A DNA stretch of 64,000 bases from Octopus vulgaris (lineage: Eukaryota): assembly GCA_951406725.2 (NCBI GenBank), contig OX597832.1, forward strand, positions 65,720,001 through 65,784,000, written 5' to 3'. A model generated the notes under the pieces. That model worked only from the letters and a program-made list of their open reading frames with translations, ran no database searches and was not told where the DNA came from. Position 1 is the first letter of the stretch. Each line of letters begins with the position of its first letter. The position numbers and the translations under genes are program-made. Below are positions 14,691 through 28,187 of this stretch, one piece after another.

Positions 14691-16799
14691 AATAATATCC
14701 TCAGGTTTATGTCAATAACACATTTGGAAGAATTGTTTATCTACTCGGCATAAGGAATAAAAATTGAACGAGAATTACAAGAAGATTTCCGAGTTTCTAT
14801 TTCTCAATTCCTAATTTTAGGTTTATTTCAGCTTAGCATCATTGATCCATAAACTTGAAATATAATATATGAGATTATACTAGTTTAAGAACTAAAGATG
14901 TTGATATGTGAAGAAATCAAAATAAGCAAAAACGCTTCTCTGAAATTTTCGCACTACTTATGTGTACAATTTGCCTTTATAAATTATTTAGCGCAAACGT
15001 GGGAGTGTTGACGTGGTTATTCGACCCGTTAGTAATAACAGAATAAAATTCTATCTCTCATCCCAGTTAAGCCAATATTATTTACGGAAGGAGACGTATC
15101 GGCTAATGTATGGCGAAAACTACTCCTAAAAATGTAGTGAACGTAGCTGCAATATATCTGCAGAGAGGTGCGTACGATTGATGCAGTTTTGATGTTAGAT
15201 ACCTTTCTTATTCAATAACCGCAACAGAAAGAACAAAGAAAAGCATTAGCCAATGTATCGGTGATGCAAAGGAAAAAGCTAAATATTTCAACACAATTTT
15301 AAAATACGCGACCGTCTCTCAAAATATCCTTACCTAATAACTGACTGTATTTAGCTTTGATATTCACTGCTGTTATCAATATACTAGAGTTTCCTGTCAG
15401 TTTATACAATTATACCCCACGATATTGCAATTTCAGGTTCAAAGCTTTACAATGCTGCCGTCTCTGGATATATAGAAACCTGTTATATTTAGTTTCACCG
15501 CATACTTTGTATATATTGTAACTGCTACTAGATTATTTGATGTCTTCTTACACGTTATTATTTTATATGAAGTATATTTGTTTGCTTTTTCTTGTAGAAG
15601 TAAGACAAGTGCAGATAACTACTTGTTTGATTGCGTTACCAAGGTGGTTTTATGTCTAAGTTCATGATGATTAACGTATCACATTTTGCAACGATTTAAA
15701 TCGTTTATCTTTGCATTATATGAAGTGTTTAGATAATTATCCTCGGTGCTTGTTGGGTAAGCGGGAGAGAAGAAACGATTGCAAGAATCATGTATACACC
15801 GATGAAATAAAAGCAGAAACATTTTTTTAGTCAACGTCCCGTAATATAATCTATTTTGAAGATATATACTCACGAATATGTTCGTACATTTGTACATTCA
15901 TATATACTTTCACATCTATATAAAATTGTGTGTGTATTTGCATGTAGTCGTGAACCTTGATGTGAATATTTTTATATCTGTGAGAAAGATCTGCGTCCTG
16001 GAGTTTGAGGATCCGGGTTTAATTTCGAGACTGTATGATACCCCAAAATTGCAAAATCTCCTGAAATATTTGCTACATTGATTGAGGTCATTAGATTCTT
16101 TAACATAGGTGTTTGCATATTCTGCACTTTGTAATCAATCAAACATTGGATGCACGGGATATTAATAACGCCCAAAACCTTGTTTATCCCGGGTATTTGG
16201 AGATTAACATGAATAACAGAAAATATAGGAAGCATAGGTTTCATTCAGAGACCCTAAGTTCTACTAAGGATTGTGGATCGTTGTTGTGGTCCGCTATGTT
16301 ACTTCAAGCAGAATCTGCAATTGATCACCGATTACTGATAAACGTAAGCCATTTCACAATGAGCCAACTGTGTTCTCCTGGATCAGGTATGTGTAAATCG
16401 GTAATATGCAAGGATATATATTCTAACATAGAGTTTCAAAAAGATAGTGACTTTAAAACAAAACCTCAAATTTTACTCCTGCTTTGTAAGGAATATCGAT
16501 ATTGTGCGCGTTAGATGTCATTCCCGGAAACTATGAGAGCCAAATTATTAGCCGTTTACGTATAAAGAACCTGAAGACTGGAAATTGAAATTTTTAATTT
16601 CTCCAATTTTTAATTTTATATTATTGAATATCCATACACAAAGATCATCCATTTATTTCTTGGACGTGCTAGTAACATGGGAATCCAAAGTTTGGTAACT
16701 TTTAAGTTTGTGTTCAAATTGTAGAGGAGTTTATTCACTTTTAAAATTAATCTGTTTTTCGGTTTCACTAAGAAGGCGATAAAACGATTCTGTTGCAAC

Positions 16800-17320
16800 G
16801 TTTCAAATGCATGCTGTGACCCTTTTCAACCTTCATGAAAAGACTTACAAAAAAGATGTCGAGGAAATAATTCCAAATCACTAGATGAAAACTTCTTTAA
16901 ATCTAACGTAATTCTGGCCAAAATATTTGTAACAAATATCGTAAGATATTACCAGAGACAATCCTCAGATGTTTCATCTGTAACTGAACAACCAAAGTGT
17001 TTTGAAAATGCTATTTTTTTTCTTTCTTCTAATACTGAATTCCTTTCATTTAAAGAAATTTCATCAGTACCTCGTTGTGAATCATCATTGAATGCATTTG
17101 AAATATAAAGGAGCAGGATAAAAGAAAACAGAGAAAATCCAGAAAAGAATTTCAAAGAACTAAAACTTAGCTTCACTAAATCTAAAATTGAAGAAGAATC
17201 CACACAAGAACGGAATGTGAATTTATGAAGGCGTTAAAAGAAAACATTACAAGTATTGCCTAAAAGAAGAGAGCATTTTATAATTCTGAGAATCAAACGC
17301 AAACTGAAGAGGAATTTGTT
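16800..17320 (+). pseudogene. Decayed DNA-transposon-like coding relic
   Basis: TGCTGTGACCCTTTT = CCDPF, followed by frameshifted LH.K and ICNK.R. Resembles the Cys-rich N-terminal motif of some DNA transposon ORFs (Sola2/ARL14EP-like, from recall). Many stops. Confidence 0.3.
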
Positions 17321-17849
17321 ATCAATTTTTTGACAAAACAAACTTTTGTCAAATATGCAATTAGTACTACATTACCAAACGTACATTTCCAGTTTGGAAG
17401 ACTGAAACCTGAGGGCAATTATTGCTGTTATTTCTACCGTATGAAGTGCAGATATCTGAAGGTGGTTTCAAAGATGGACGCAACATGTATTGCATTAGAG
17501 TTAATCGGATTCCGATATAGATATTTCCTTAAGCGAAATGGGAGATAATCATTATCACCGTCATCTTAAGCATCATTCCATTATGCAAGTAAAAACATTA
17601 GCAGCCTCATCATCATCATGAACATAATCATGAAGTCGATAATAATAATGATTATGATGATGATCATTATTATCTTCATCAACTAAGTCATCGTCATCAC
17701 GTCATCATCCTTATCATCATCATCAACATCATCAACATCGTCGCATTCAAATGTCTTACATGTCAATCGAACGTTTTATTAAGAGAGAGATATAATAATT
17801 GTCAGAGACAAAAACAACGAAGCAATTAACTGATAACAACAACAAAAAA

Positions 17850-18250
17850 GTTCCAAACCTTGACACAAATCAAGCAGTGTCGGTGGGGGTGTCAGTCGAT
17901 TACATCGACCCAAGTTTACAACTGGTACTTCTATCGACCCCAAAAGATGAAGGGGGAAAGTCGACTGCGGTGAAATTTGAATACATGGTGTAAAGGTGGA
18001 CGAAATGCCGCTTACCATTTTTCCCGTAAGTGCCTTCGACTCTGATAGCTTTCCGCCATTATAACTATAATAGCAATAATAGTCTACTATAAGGCACATG
18101 AGCTGAAATTTTGGGACAGAGAATAGTCAATTATACCGCCACAGTTGTTCAATTGGTAATTAGTCCATAGAACCCAAAAGGATCAATAGCAAAGTGAAGC
18201 TCGGCGGAATTGTAAATACTACGAACCATTTTCCCTGGTGCGCCAACGAT
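17850..18250 (-). mobile_element. Two adjacent SINE family C copies
   Basis: CAACTGGTACTT...ATCGACCCC...AAGGAT...AAAGTCGAC...AATTTGAA pattern occurs twice. Confidence 0.75.
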
Positions 18251-18253
18251 TTT

Positions 18254-18255
<2 letters not shown>

Positions 18256-18346
<91 letters not shown>

Positions 18347-18347
18347 G

Positions 18348-18413
<66 letters not shown>
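18256..18413. repeat. (AAT)n microsatellite
   Basis: Direct reading. Confidence 0.95.
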
Positions 18414-18424
<11 letters not shown>

Positions 18425-19812
18425 GGTGTTAGGTGTTAGCTATAAATTCCTTAGCAGTTCCAGTTGTTACTTATAGCTACAATGTGTTGAACTGGAATAT
18501 GAGTGAAGTAAAGAATATAGATAGGAAAATACGCAAGCTGCTGAGTTGTAATAGGATGCACCACCCAAAGGCAGACGTAGATCGCCTTTACCTTCCCAGA
18601 GCCCAAGGAGGTCGAGGCCTGATCCAATTTGAACTAGCTTACAAAACAACCACAATTGGACTGGCCAAATATCTTGAAATAACGAATGACTGGATGCTAA
18701 AGCTCGTGGAAAATCACGAGAGACGAAAGAAGCTTCATTCTATCATAAAGGAAAGCAAAAATTTTGCTATTGATCTCATGCAGGATACCCGAACTGAACA
18801 ACCCGAGGGAAGTACGGCAACTATTGTTGCAAAGAAGGTAAACATAATGGCAACGAAAAAAGCGCACGAGCAATTGGCTGATAGGTGGGAGGAGAAACCT
18901 CTGCACGGCAAATATGTGGCCCGCAGCAAACAAGCTGATGTTGACCAGAAGCAAACCCATCAGTGGCTACGGAGCTCAGGGCTAAAATCAGAGAGCGAAG
19001 GTTTCATCCTGGCTGCTCAAGATCAAAGCCTATTAACCCGGAACTACCAGGCCAATGTGATGAAAAATGGAGCAGACCCAAAATGCCGATTCTGCAACGA
19101 CATGATTGAAACAGTGGACCACCTAATCTCTGGATGTAAAGTCTTAGCACCAGTGGAGTATAAATTAAGACATGACAGATTTGGCCAATATCTACACTGG
19201 CTAATAAGTCGGCATTACAATATCAAAACTGCCGACAAGTGGTATAATCACCTCCCTGAGGCTGTAACTGAAGGAGAAAATGTAACCATTCTGTGGGACT
19301 TTCCAGTACATACAGACCGAACCATTCAAGGCCAATAAACCAGATATTGTTGTGAAAGACCAAAACAATAAAGTTTGCTTATTGATCGACATGAGCATCC
19401 CCTGTGATCATAATATCTCAGCGAAAGAGTTTGACAAGCTCAGAAAATATAAAAGACCTACTCATTGAAATTGAGAAAATGTGGCATCTCAAGGCGGTTA
19501 CAATACCAGTGATCGTCGGAGCACTAGGAATGATCAAGAAGGGAACCGAAAATTATATGAGAATGATCCCTGGCTTACCATCCCTGCAAGAAGTGCAAAA
19601 GATTGACTTAACTGGTACATCACACGTATTGAGAAGAGCATTGTCGATGTGAGAACTGTTGCTGCTCATGTATTTTAATTTAACTTTAAAAAAAAAAAAA
19701 TGAACGAACTATTGAGTTTGGTTTAATGGCCTACCAATGTATACTATGAGTTTCTTTGCCCTAGGAGTCGGGAAGACACTCGGCAAGAAATGGAAGCAAA
19801 TTTGAAAGTGGA
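18425..19812 (+). mobile_element. 5'-truncated R4/Dong-clade non-LTR retrotransposon (RT thumb, CCHC knuckle, restriction-like endonuclease), frameshifted
   Basis: ORFs 18433-19338 and 19404-19652 contain RLYLPRAQGGRGL, ILAAQDQ, CRFC..ETVDHLISGC, RHD, ILWDF, a frameshifted NKPDIVV and PVIVGALG. Flanked by (AAT)n. Confidence 0.9.
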
Positions 19813-19819
19813 AAAAAAA

Positions 19820-19967
<148 letters not shown>

Positions 19968-19984
19968 CATTCGTTTTCATTTCT

Positions 19985-20750
19985 ATGCTTAATACTGTGT
20001 CAGATTCTAATACTTAGTATCTGATTGAGTATGGACTATAGAAATGAAAACTCAAATTGAGGAGTACATTAGACGGTGAGAAAGTTAATGAAGACGAAGT
20101 TAAGTGGCAGAATCGTTACTTAGATACTGAGCAGCTTTTGTAGATTGGACACAAACTAAATTAGTAAAGCTAGGCAGAAGAAATCGGAAGCAATTTCATA
20201 TGAACGAAAGACTCCACCGAAAGGCAGGAATAGTAAAAATATGCTTACCTAAAAAGGAAGTGGGAAGAGGGCGGACTTAGCTGGAGTAGATATAGACCTA
20301 TGACAGTAATAGTGAATAAAGTTTATTACGCGTTGCTTGTGTCTCGGCAAGACAGTGAAAATGAAAAACCAAATTAAGTTACAAAACCAGAAGAAAGACA
20401 AAAGTTATCTGACTGGCAGGAAAAGGCGTTGCATAGTAGGTTCCCAAAGATAGTTGCAGCAATCAGTAGTAGTGAGACATGGTTATGGTTGCAGAAAGGA
20501 AGGCTATAAATGGAGACAGAAATTTTGTTGGTAGCAGCATAAGATCAAGTATTAATGACTAACTAGATAAAAAGAAAGACATGCAAAACCAAGTAGATTA
20601 CTAATGTAGGTTTTTCACATCAAAAGAGGAAAGTGTTGTTCATATACTAAGTGAATGTAGCATAGTGGCACAAAAAGAATACAAGAAAAGACATGAGTAA
20701 TCCCTTGGAGTTAAGTAGAAAGCGAGAATTTGAACATACTAATAAATGGT
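19985..20750 (+). mobile_element. Older, degenerate R4/Dong-type fragment
   Basis: Translates to LHRKAGIVKICLPKKEVGRG, ETWLWLQKGRL*METEILLVAA*DQ and YKKRH, colinear with the 18433 ORF. Confidence 0.75.
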
Positions 20751-21126
20751 GGCTGACGATATGTGCATCTCTGATCACGAGCAGAAGTAGTGGGGGAGCA
20801 TCATAGCCATGTGTTGAGAGGGATTCTTTGGGGTTTGAATAGTTCACCTCTGGAAACATGGGTGGTTCTTTCAACATCCTTAAACAACCCTTATTCAGGG
20901 ACCGTTTGAGCGGGATGGGCTACTCAATCTGAAGAAAATTCTAACTGGGCCCCACCTGCAAGGTCATGTGCTGTTTATCTTGATATGAGATCACCATGTC
21001 GCGCACATATGGTTGTGATGCATGTGCCTGGTGTACCTTTATCAGACGGGTAGTCATGATGGGTATATTGGGCTTCGTATATTTTACCCCAGTGTCACTT
21101 TGATGGCATGAACTGCTCTCTCACTC

Positions 21127-21160
<34 letters not shown>
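20750..21160 (+). mobile_element. Inserted retroelement 3' end/UTR terminating in (AAT)n
   Basis: More GC-rich block between two R4-type fragments, ending CTCTCACTC(AAT)n. Confidence 0.5.
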
Positions 21161-21162
<2 letters not shown>

Positions 21163-21690
21163 GATACGAGAATGTGGCCAGATATGTGCACTGGCTGCTG
21201 TGCAGTAAACCAAACTTCGAGAGAGCCGCACTGTTGCATGAACATAAGCTAGAGGGAGTAATCGAAAACAAACATTGCAAAATACACTGGGATTTTAACG
21301 TTTTAACGTACAGTGCTACTCAGTCATAGAGGCACGACGGTGAGAGATCGTGATCATCCATAAAGAAGAAAAAGAAGCAAAGACGATAGATGCTGCAATA
21401 CGAGGCGATTCAAAGGTGAAACGTAAGGAAAAGAGTGAGAAATATCAGCCACTGCTGGACGAGATAGGAATGTTATGGGGCACGAGAAGTTGTTTTGAGA
21501 ATCATGTTAAGAATATTGGAGCTACTGTCAGGCTCGAAGTGTTCCAGAAGACAGTATTATTGGGTAGAGCTCACATTCTAAGGAGAATATCGTATCATTG
21601 AGTCACAGGAGGCGGCGCTAGTTGAAACCTCTGATTTGTTGTTGCCTGCTTTCAACTAAAGAACAACCGGTAATTAAGAGTCTTTCATAA
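21161..21690 (+). mobile_element. Degenerate R4/Dong-type 3' fragment
   Basis: RYENVARYVHWLLC, IHWDF, KSEKYQPL and QKTVLLGRAHILRR motifs. Confidence 0.75.
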
Positions 21691-21704
21691 TAATGGTAAT
21701 CATG

Positions 21705-21780
<76 letters not shown>

Positions 21781-21782
<2 letters not shown>

Positions 21783-22283
21783 GGTCACAGAAAAGGTCAC
21801 AGAAAACGAGAAAGCAACCATACTCTGGGATATGCCGATACACACAGATAGAGAAATTAAGGCCAACAGACCAGATATAGTTGTCAGAGATCATGAAGAA
21901 AAAAAATGCTTTCTAATTGATGTATCAATACCGGCTGATGACAACGTGTCTCTAAAAGAAATGGAGAAACTCTCAAAATACAAAGACCTGGAAATAGAGG
22001 TAACTAGAATGTGGAATCTGAAAACAGAAACAATTCCTATCATAGTAGGTGCATTAGGCATGATAAAAAAATATTCAGACAAATACATAACAAAAACACC
22101 AGGACTTACAAACACATATAACATACAGAAAATTGCACTACTAGGCACTGCACACATCCTACGCAGAACACGTTCCATACAATAACCATCAGAGCATCAC
22201 AACAAATCACAGCACATACCCAAGGCACACAGAGCTGTGCTCGGTAGTGAAGTGAAAGCACGCTATAAAAATAAAACTACTGA

Positions 22284-22286
<3 letters not shown>
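21781..22286 (+). mobile_element. Short 5'-truncated R4/Dong-type element (open RLE C-terminus + 3' UTR)
   Basis: ORF 21832-22185: ILWDMPIHTDREIKANRPDIVV...LIDVSIP...KLSKYKDL...PIIVGALG. (AAT)n on both sides. Confidence 0.9.
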
Positions 22287-22344
<58 letters not shown>

Positions 22345-22490
22345 TGATGACGATAACGATGACGACGATGACGATGATGTTAATAACAATAATAACACTA
22401 ATAACAACAACAACAACAACAATAATAATAAGAAGAAGAACAACAACAATAACAACAATAGCAACAATAATAACAACAACAATAATAATA
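22287..22490. repeat. (AAT)n/(GAT)n/(AAC)n compound microsatellite
   Basis: Direct reading. Confidence 0.9.
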
Positions 22491-22519
22491 GACAGCATGA
22501 AGAGCTCGATGCGATTGCA

Positions 22520-24060
22520 ATAGATATGTTATTTGTCGAGTTAAAACTGAAAAGTGAAAGAAAACTATTCCATCAAATTTTTCTCTGTTGCTTATTGAGG
22601 TTTCTGTTAGAAAGTAAAAATAATGAACTTTGGACAGAAATGTTACCGCCGGACAAGGGATTTCGACCTGGGAAATCCCAATGGCATTTAATTCGAGACA
22701 CACTTACTGAAGTCATTCACATTCCTACATGGATATAAACCAGTAGTCTGGTTACGTTCACTGGTGACGTCTTTGTTGTCTGGGATGTAAGTTTGGGTAT
22801 GTCTACATTGGTGTTGAGAAGATTTAATTATTTTTGTTTAATTGATTTCTTGCATTTCTGTAACTCTTATGCTAAAGACAATGGCTTTAAGTCTAACAGA
22901 ATTATGTCTAAATTTTCAAATACTAGCGTTGAGGTTTCGGAAACATAAGTTTTCTGGAGTTATTTTGCAAGACCATATCATAACACTTTTACTTCCACCG
23001 TCACTCCGATCACTCACATAGTATTATTCGATAAAATCCGAAAACCTAATTTTTTAGGATAAAACGGATTTGTGCTGAGATTGGGGATTACTGGAAACAT
23101 GCAACTACTTTTGTACACCATTATGTCAAACGTAGTTACAGTGAATCCCAATAAAGAAAATGGCAATTGACGAAGCTAAGATTAACAAAAAAAATCAAAT
23201 TTTCACATATAATTTTAGAAAACACAGTACAATATGTGACAGAATTTCTGGCACCGAAATTTCGCTGGTGTTTCAAAAGAGCTGTATGAAAATTACCATC
23301 ATGTTGCAGCAAAATATCCTCGTTTCAAACAAATATATCCTCATCCGCCTATTGTAGCATTTAGACGGAATGAAATTGTAAGAGAACTATTAACCTCTCC
23401 TTCTGACTACAGGAAAAACTGACATTGCTGTATCTGCACGCTGTACCTTGAAAATCAGCCGCAAGTGAGTTAAACCCTGTTCAATGTGAAGAAGAGTAAA
23501 GTGAATTCCATTAGGAATCATAACAGAAATGTTATGATTTACACAAAAGGTTGGACAAGTAGAGATTCGCATTTGGTGTAAGTAGCAGAATACATGAAAC
23601 GCAAATTGATTTATGTTGGTTGTACAAAAGCACACAATTACACAAAAGATTTAATGGACTCATATATGACGTCAGGTACAATAACAGTAGTTCAACAGAA
23701 CTTGCCAGACATTTTGCATCAAACGGCTGCAATTTTCAAAAAGACTTGAAAGTGCAGATTCTCAGAAAATATCATTCTGAATCAGATACACTTTCAATGC
23801 TCAAAATGCATGATGAGAAATATATTTGCGGGTTACTGACTTCACGCCCTGGAGGAAAGAATAAAACAACAGAATTGCAACAAATTTACACAAAACTGTT
23901 TGATGAAATATATTTCTTCTTTTTCCTTTTCTTTCTTCTTTCCGTTTCTATTTTCTCTTTTTTTTCTTTTCGCCAGTTGTAAAATTCAAACTTGAAGACT
24001 AATGGTGTCTTTCCATCAACGCATGGACGTTGGTGGCTCTCGACCATACTTTCGATTTGA
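22520..24060 (+). mobile_element. Degenerate Penelope-like retroelement (RT + GIY-YIG relic)
   Basis: Near 22735, KPVVWLR/FTGDVFVVW matches the PLE W.RYIDDIF motif. At 23600-23870, LIYVG...QLHKRFNG...ELARHF...DLKVQIL...KYI..L.T..P.G.N is a typical PLE GIY-YIG C-terminus. Confidence 0.75.
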
Positions 24061-24223
24061 ATTTCTAAAATTTTGGATTTTTATGACTTTTCATTTTGAA
24101 CTCGACAAACTTGCTGTCGAAATATCGTTCAACAATTAAAACATCTATTGCAGTCGCATTGCGCACTTCCTCTTGTTTTTTTTTACCTTTGTGAAGAGTT
24201 ACGTCAATCCTTTTAAAATGATG

Positions 24224-24289
<66 letters not shown>

Positions 24290-24291
<2 letters not shown>

Positions 24292-24437
24292 CCTTTCTAC
24301 TGAAGGGACTAGGCCTTGAAATTTTGGGGGAGGGGACTTGTCTGTAACGTCGACCCAAGTGTTTCACTGTTAATTAAATTATCGCTCCCGAAAGGATGTA
24401 AAGCGGAGTCGATCTTGGCGGAACTTGAATTTTATAT

Positions 24438-24527
<90 letters not shown>

Positions 24528-24760
24528 TAATAATAATGATAATGATTCCAAATTTTTGACAGAATTGCAGCCTAGGGGAAATGGGGATGAGTCGATTACA
24601 TCTACCCCCGTGTTCTACTGGTACTTATTTTATCGACCCCGAAATGATGAAATGCAGAGTCGATCTTGGCAGAATTTGAACTCAGAACGTAAGTATGGAC
24701 GAAATGCCGCTTAGTATTTTGTTCGGCGTGCTATATCCATTCTGCCTCCATGCCGTCTTT
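24290..24760 (-). mobile_element. Two SINE family C copies separated by (TAC)n/(AAT)n
   Basis: ACTGGTACTTATTTTATCGACCCCGAAA...GTCGATCTTGGC...TTGAACTCAGAACG. Confidence 0.75.
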
Positions 24761-25099
24761 AAAAAAAAAAATAATGATAAAACTGGCCTACTGCGTTTGA
24801 AATTCTATCCTCAACTTAGTCAACTTTGCTTTCCTTCCTTTCTGATTAAATAATGATGAAAAGAATATTTGCTTTGAAAAGGGTACAGTTCTAAAAACTA
24901 AACTTAATGTAAGCATCCTTAGATACCATTATTTACGTCACGATCTTAAATTTCGCATTTTCATCTCTGTTGGGAATCCATTCTATTTTCGCCATCAAAA
25001 TTCGTATTTAAGCTCTTGGATTACAGACATTTACTCTTATTAGTGTCTCTCAAAAGATTGCGAAATAGCAGAATCATTAGAGCTTCAGTTAAATGCCTT

Positions 25100-25470
25100 G
25101 CAGTGGCCCGGTGTTTAGGGCAGCGGACTCGCGGTCGGAGGATCGCAGTTAAGATTCCCAGACCGGGCGTTGTGAGAGTTTATTGAGCAAAAACAACGAA
25201 ATCTCTACGAGGCTCCGGCAGGGAGTGGTGGCGAACGCTGCTGTACTCTTTCACTTCACCATAACTTTCTTCCTGTTTCTGTTGTACCTGTATTTTTAAA
25301 GCGCTAGCCTTGTCACGCTCTGTGTCACGCTGAATCTCCCCGACAACTATCTTAAGGGTACACGTGGCTGTGGAGTGCTCAGCCATTTGCACGTTAATTT
25401 CACGAGCAGGCTGTTCCGTTGACCGGATCAACTGTCACCTTTGTCATTGTAACTGATGGAGTTTCACGAC
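25100..25470 (+). mobile_element. tRNA-derived SINE family D
   Basis: tRNA-like head GGCCCGGTGTTTAGGGCAGCGGACTCGCGG. Body shared with 38275-38490 and 42125-42425. Confidence 0.8.
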
Positions 25471-26439
25471 GAAATGCCTTGCGGTATTTCTACTACGAAT
25501 TTATGCTTTAGATTTGGGCTTGTCTCCAGACATTTGAAGATAGTTTATAAATTGTTTTTTCTCATAATACAAATAAAAATAATTCCTAAAATATCTCAAA
25601 TATATATTCAGTATATGAACAAAACATAAATTTTTAGACTTATTTTCTCTGTGCAACATTTAAACTTAATAAGCCTCAACGGTGTGAATGAAGGGGCAGA
25701 GTTCAAATGTAAGGAGAGAAATAGAGATTAAGAGGAACAGATTGAGAATAAAGAAGATTAGATGGAGAGGCAAATTGAGAATAATTAAGAGATGACTTAA
25801 AGATGAGTGATAGAGAAAGAGAGAGAGTACAAAATGAAACAAAATAGATTGAGAATGAGAAGGAGAGAGAGAGATAGTAAGAGAAAGAAAAAAGTGAAGT
25901 ACAAGTGTGGGTTGACATCCAAACTTGTGACATCACTGTTATCGCATTATTTATCTTCTGTCCGTTTCAATAAAATAAGGGCATGATCAAAATTTTAACT
26001 GGGATTAGTTCATGTAACCAAGTATGTTATGTGAGAGTAATTGTTTGAGAGACACCATGTTTAAAAATATCCAACAATACAATACACTTCACAAAATATT
26101 ATCTTTATAAGTTATCATTTTCGACAGCATGCGTACGCAGGTCATGTCATCTGTGTGGGTATGTGTGTGTATTTTACTATATTAGGTTCTTTGCGCCTAA
26201 CAATCCTAAAAATAAGAGCTAGTATTTGCGCTGTATTTTGATTTGCATATAAGCGCTCCCATTTTCCTGTCCAATTGATATGGTTACATTTGTAGTTTAT
26301 TTGCCTTCTATCTTTCTGAATGATGAAATAGAAACTATCACCAAAAAAAAAAAACAGATAAAAATAGCGAACGGAAACAAAATGTTGTGCGCGGACATCC
26401 AAAGAAGAATTCTTGTATTATCGTGATTTGAAGGATTGG

Positions 26440-27250
26440 CTTGAAGAAGATAAAAATATATATATTTAAAAAGCTTTCTAGCGTAAAAGCTGCAACGGTC
26501 CTCTGAGATATACGAATAAATCCATGCGAATGAAACACAAAGCTTCTGTCAAATATCAGAAATGCTTTGGTGCAACTAAATCTAGTGATGATATTTTTCA
26601 GTTCGTGGCCAAAAATAAGTCAACATGGAATGAATGGATCAAAGTGAAATGTGTACTGCAGGATATTATGCTGATCACAAAATTCCTTTTGTATACGTTG
26701 ATCACACTTTGAGGATGAATTGTAGAACATTGCTGGACAGCAACTTCGCTGGTAATTATTAATGTCAAGAACAAAACATTCGAATACTATTCACGATGGG
26801 AAAATAAAACCATCTTGAAAAAATAATGCTACTTTTAAAATGTCAATGCTTTCACTTGTAATTGATGAAAGTACAGATATTCCAGTTAATTAGATTTGAG
26901 ATCTACTTTGATTTGAACAAGCGTATTGTCGTGCACATACAGTTAGATGCTGCAGTTATAGGAATTCAAATACTATTGTTTGTACAATTCTGTAACGTCT
27001 ACATTGTATGAAAGAAATATTTATCTAACATTTAGTTATAATTGCAAACGTTACATTGTTCAGAAACAGACAAAATTAGGTGCCAGAACTTACTAAAAAT
27101 ATTGTAGCATGGGATGAGTTTATTATTTTTCAGTATTTTGTTAGTCATGCTGCTGTTTACCTATTGGCTTCACATTTTGGAAAATATTTACAATATTACT
27201 TCCTCACAGCTGTAAGAAACAAACGTGTTCACTTCTTCTGACAACTATAT
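26440..27250 (+). pseudogene. Decayed hAT-superfamily transposase fragment
   Basis: About 26850-26890 encodes SLVIDESTDI, the hAT first catalytic Asp motif (D-E-S-T-D), preceded by an RTK-like motif. Confidence 0.55.
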
Positions 27251-28187
27251 CTCATACATCTAGTACGGTGGGATGCCTATTTGTCTTACCTTCCCTTTCT
27301 TCTCCATTTCCAGTCAGGTGGTTGTTTTGTGCCTTTGTGTATGAATGTTTATTTTTCTATTTTATGTTGCATAGAATGTTTGTTTCCTAATCTGTTTTTT
27401 GACTTGATAACTTCTTCGTATTCTTTCTTATATATTCTTAGTCTTTCTACATTCAATAGTCGTATTCGGCTTGTGAAAAACGAAAATGTCTCCTCTTTCA
27501 TTTTCTGATATATTTATATCAAATGTACATAATGTATCTTCAATTACGAAATATAATTACCATGTCTGTCATTAAATTATTTGCTTGTTTACTCCATATT
27601 TCTTTTATTTCTGTTTTCGATGATCTCTTTTACGTTAATTAATTTAAAAAATAAAAGCGTGTTCTTCTATTCACATTTCACCGTCTGTAATTACATTGTA
27701 CCAGTGTACAAATTTACCCGTCGAGTGCCAAACAGCTATTTACTAAGAATTAAACTTAAGTAAATTTAGTTACGATAACAGTATTAAACATGGTGATCCA
27801 TCATTCATTCAGCTTATCTATGTTTATCGTTTGATTTATAACTGCTATTGACATAAAGTACAAGTCGAAAGAAAACCGTATCAAACATACATATATATAG
27901 ACAAACATTTATACGTATGCAGCGACATATCTTTAGAAACCTAACAGACTTGTGTCTCCTGAAATACTTGTAGCAATCTATATCGATCTGGTATGAAGCT
28001 ACAAGACAAAGAAAAGAAATACAATAAAATAGAATAGAATAGAATAAAGTAAAACAAGATAAGATATGATAAAGTGGGGAGGTAAAATACAGCGAATATA
28101 GAATATAATACAGGTAGTTTAATACACGGAGGTTTAATTTTCTTTAATAGCTTATTGGATACACACACACACACACACATACATGTA

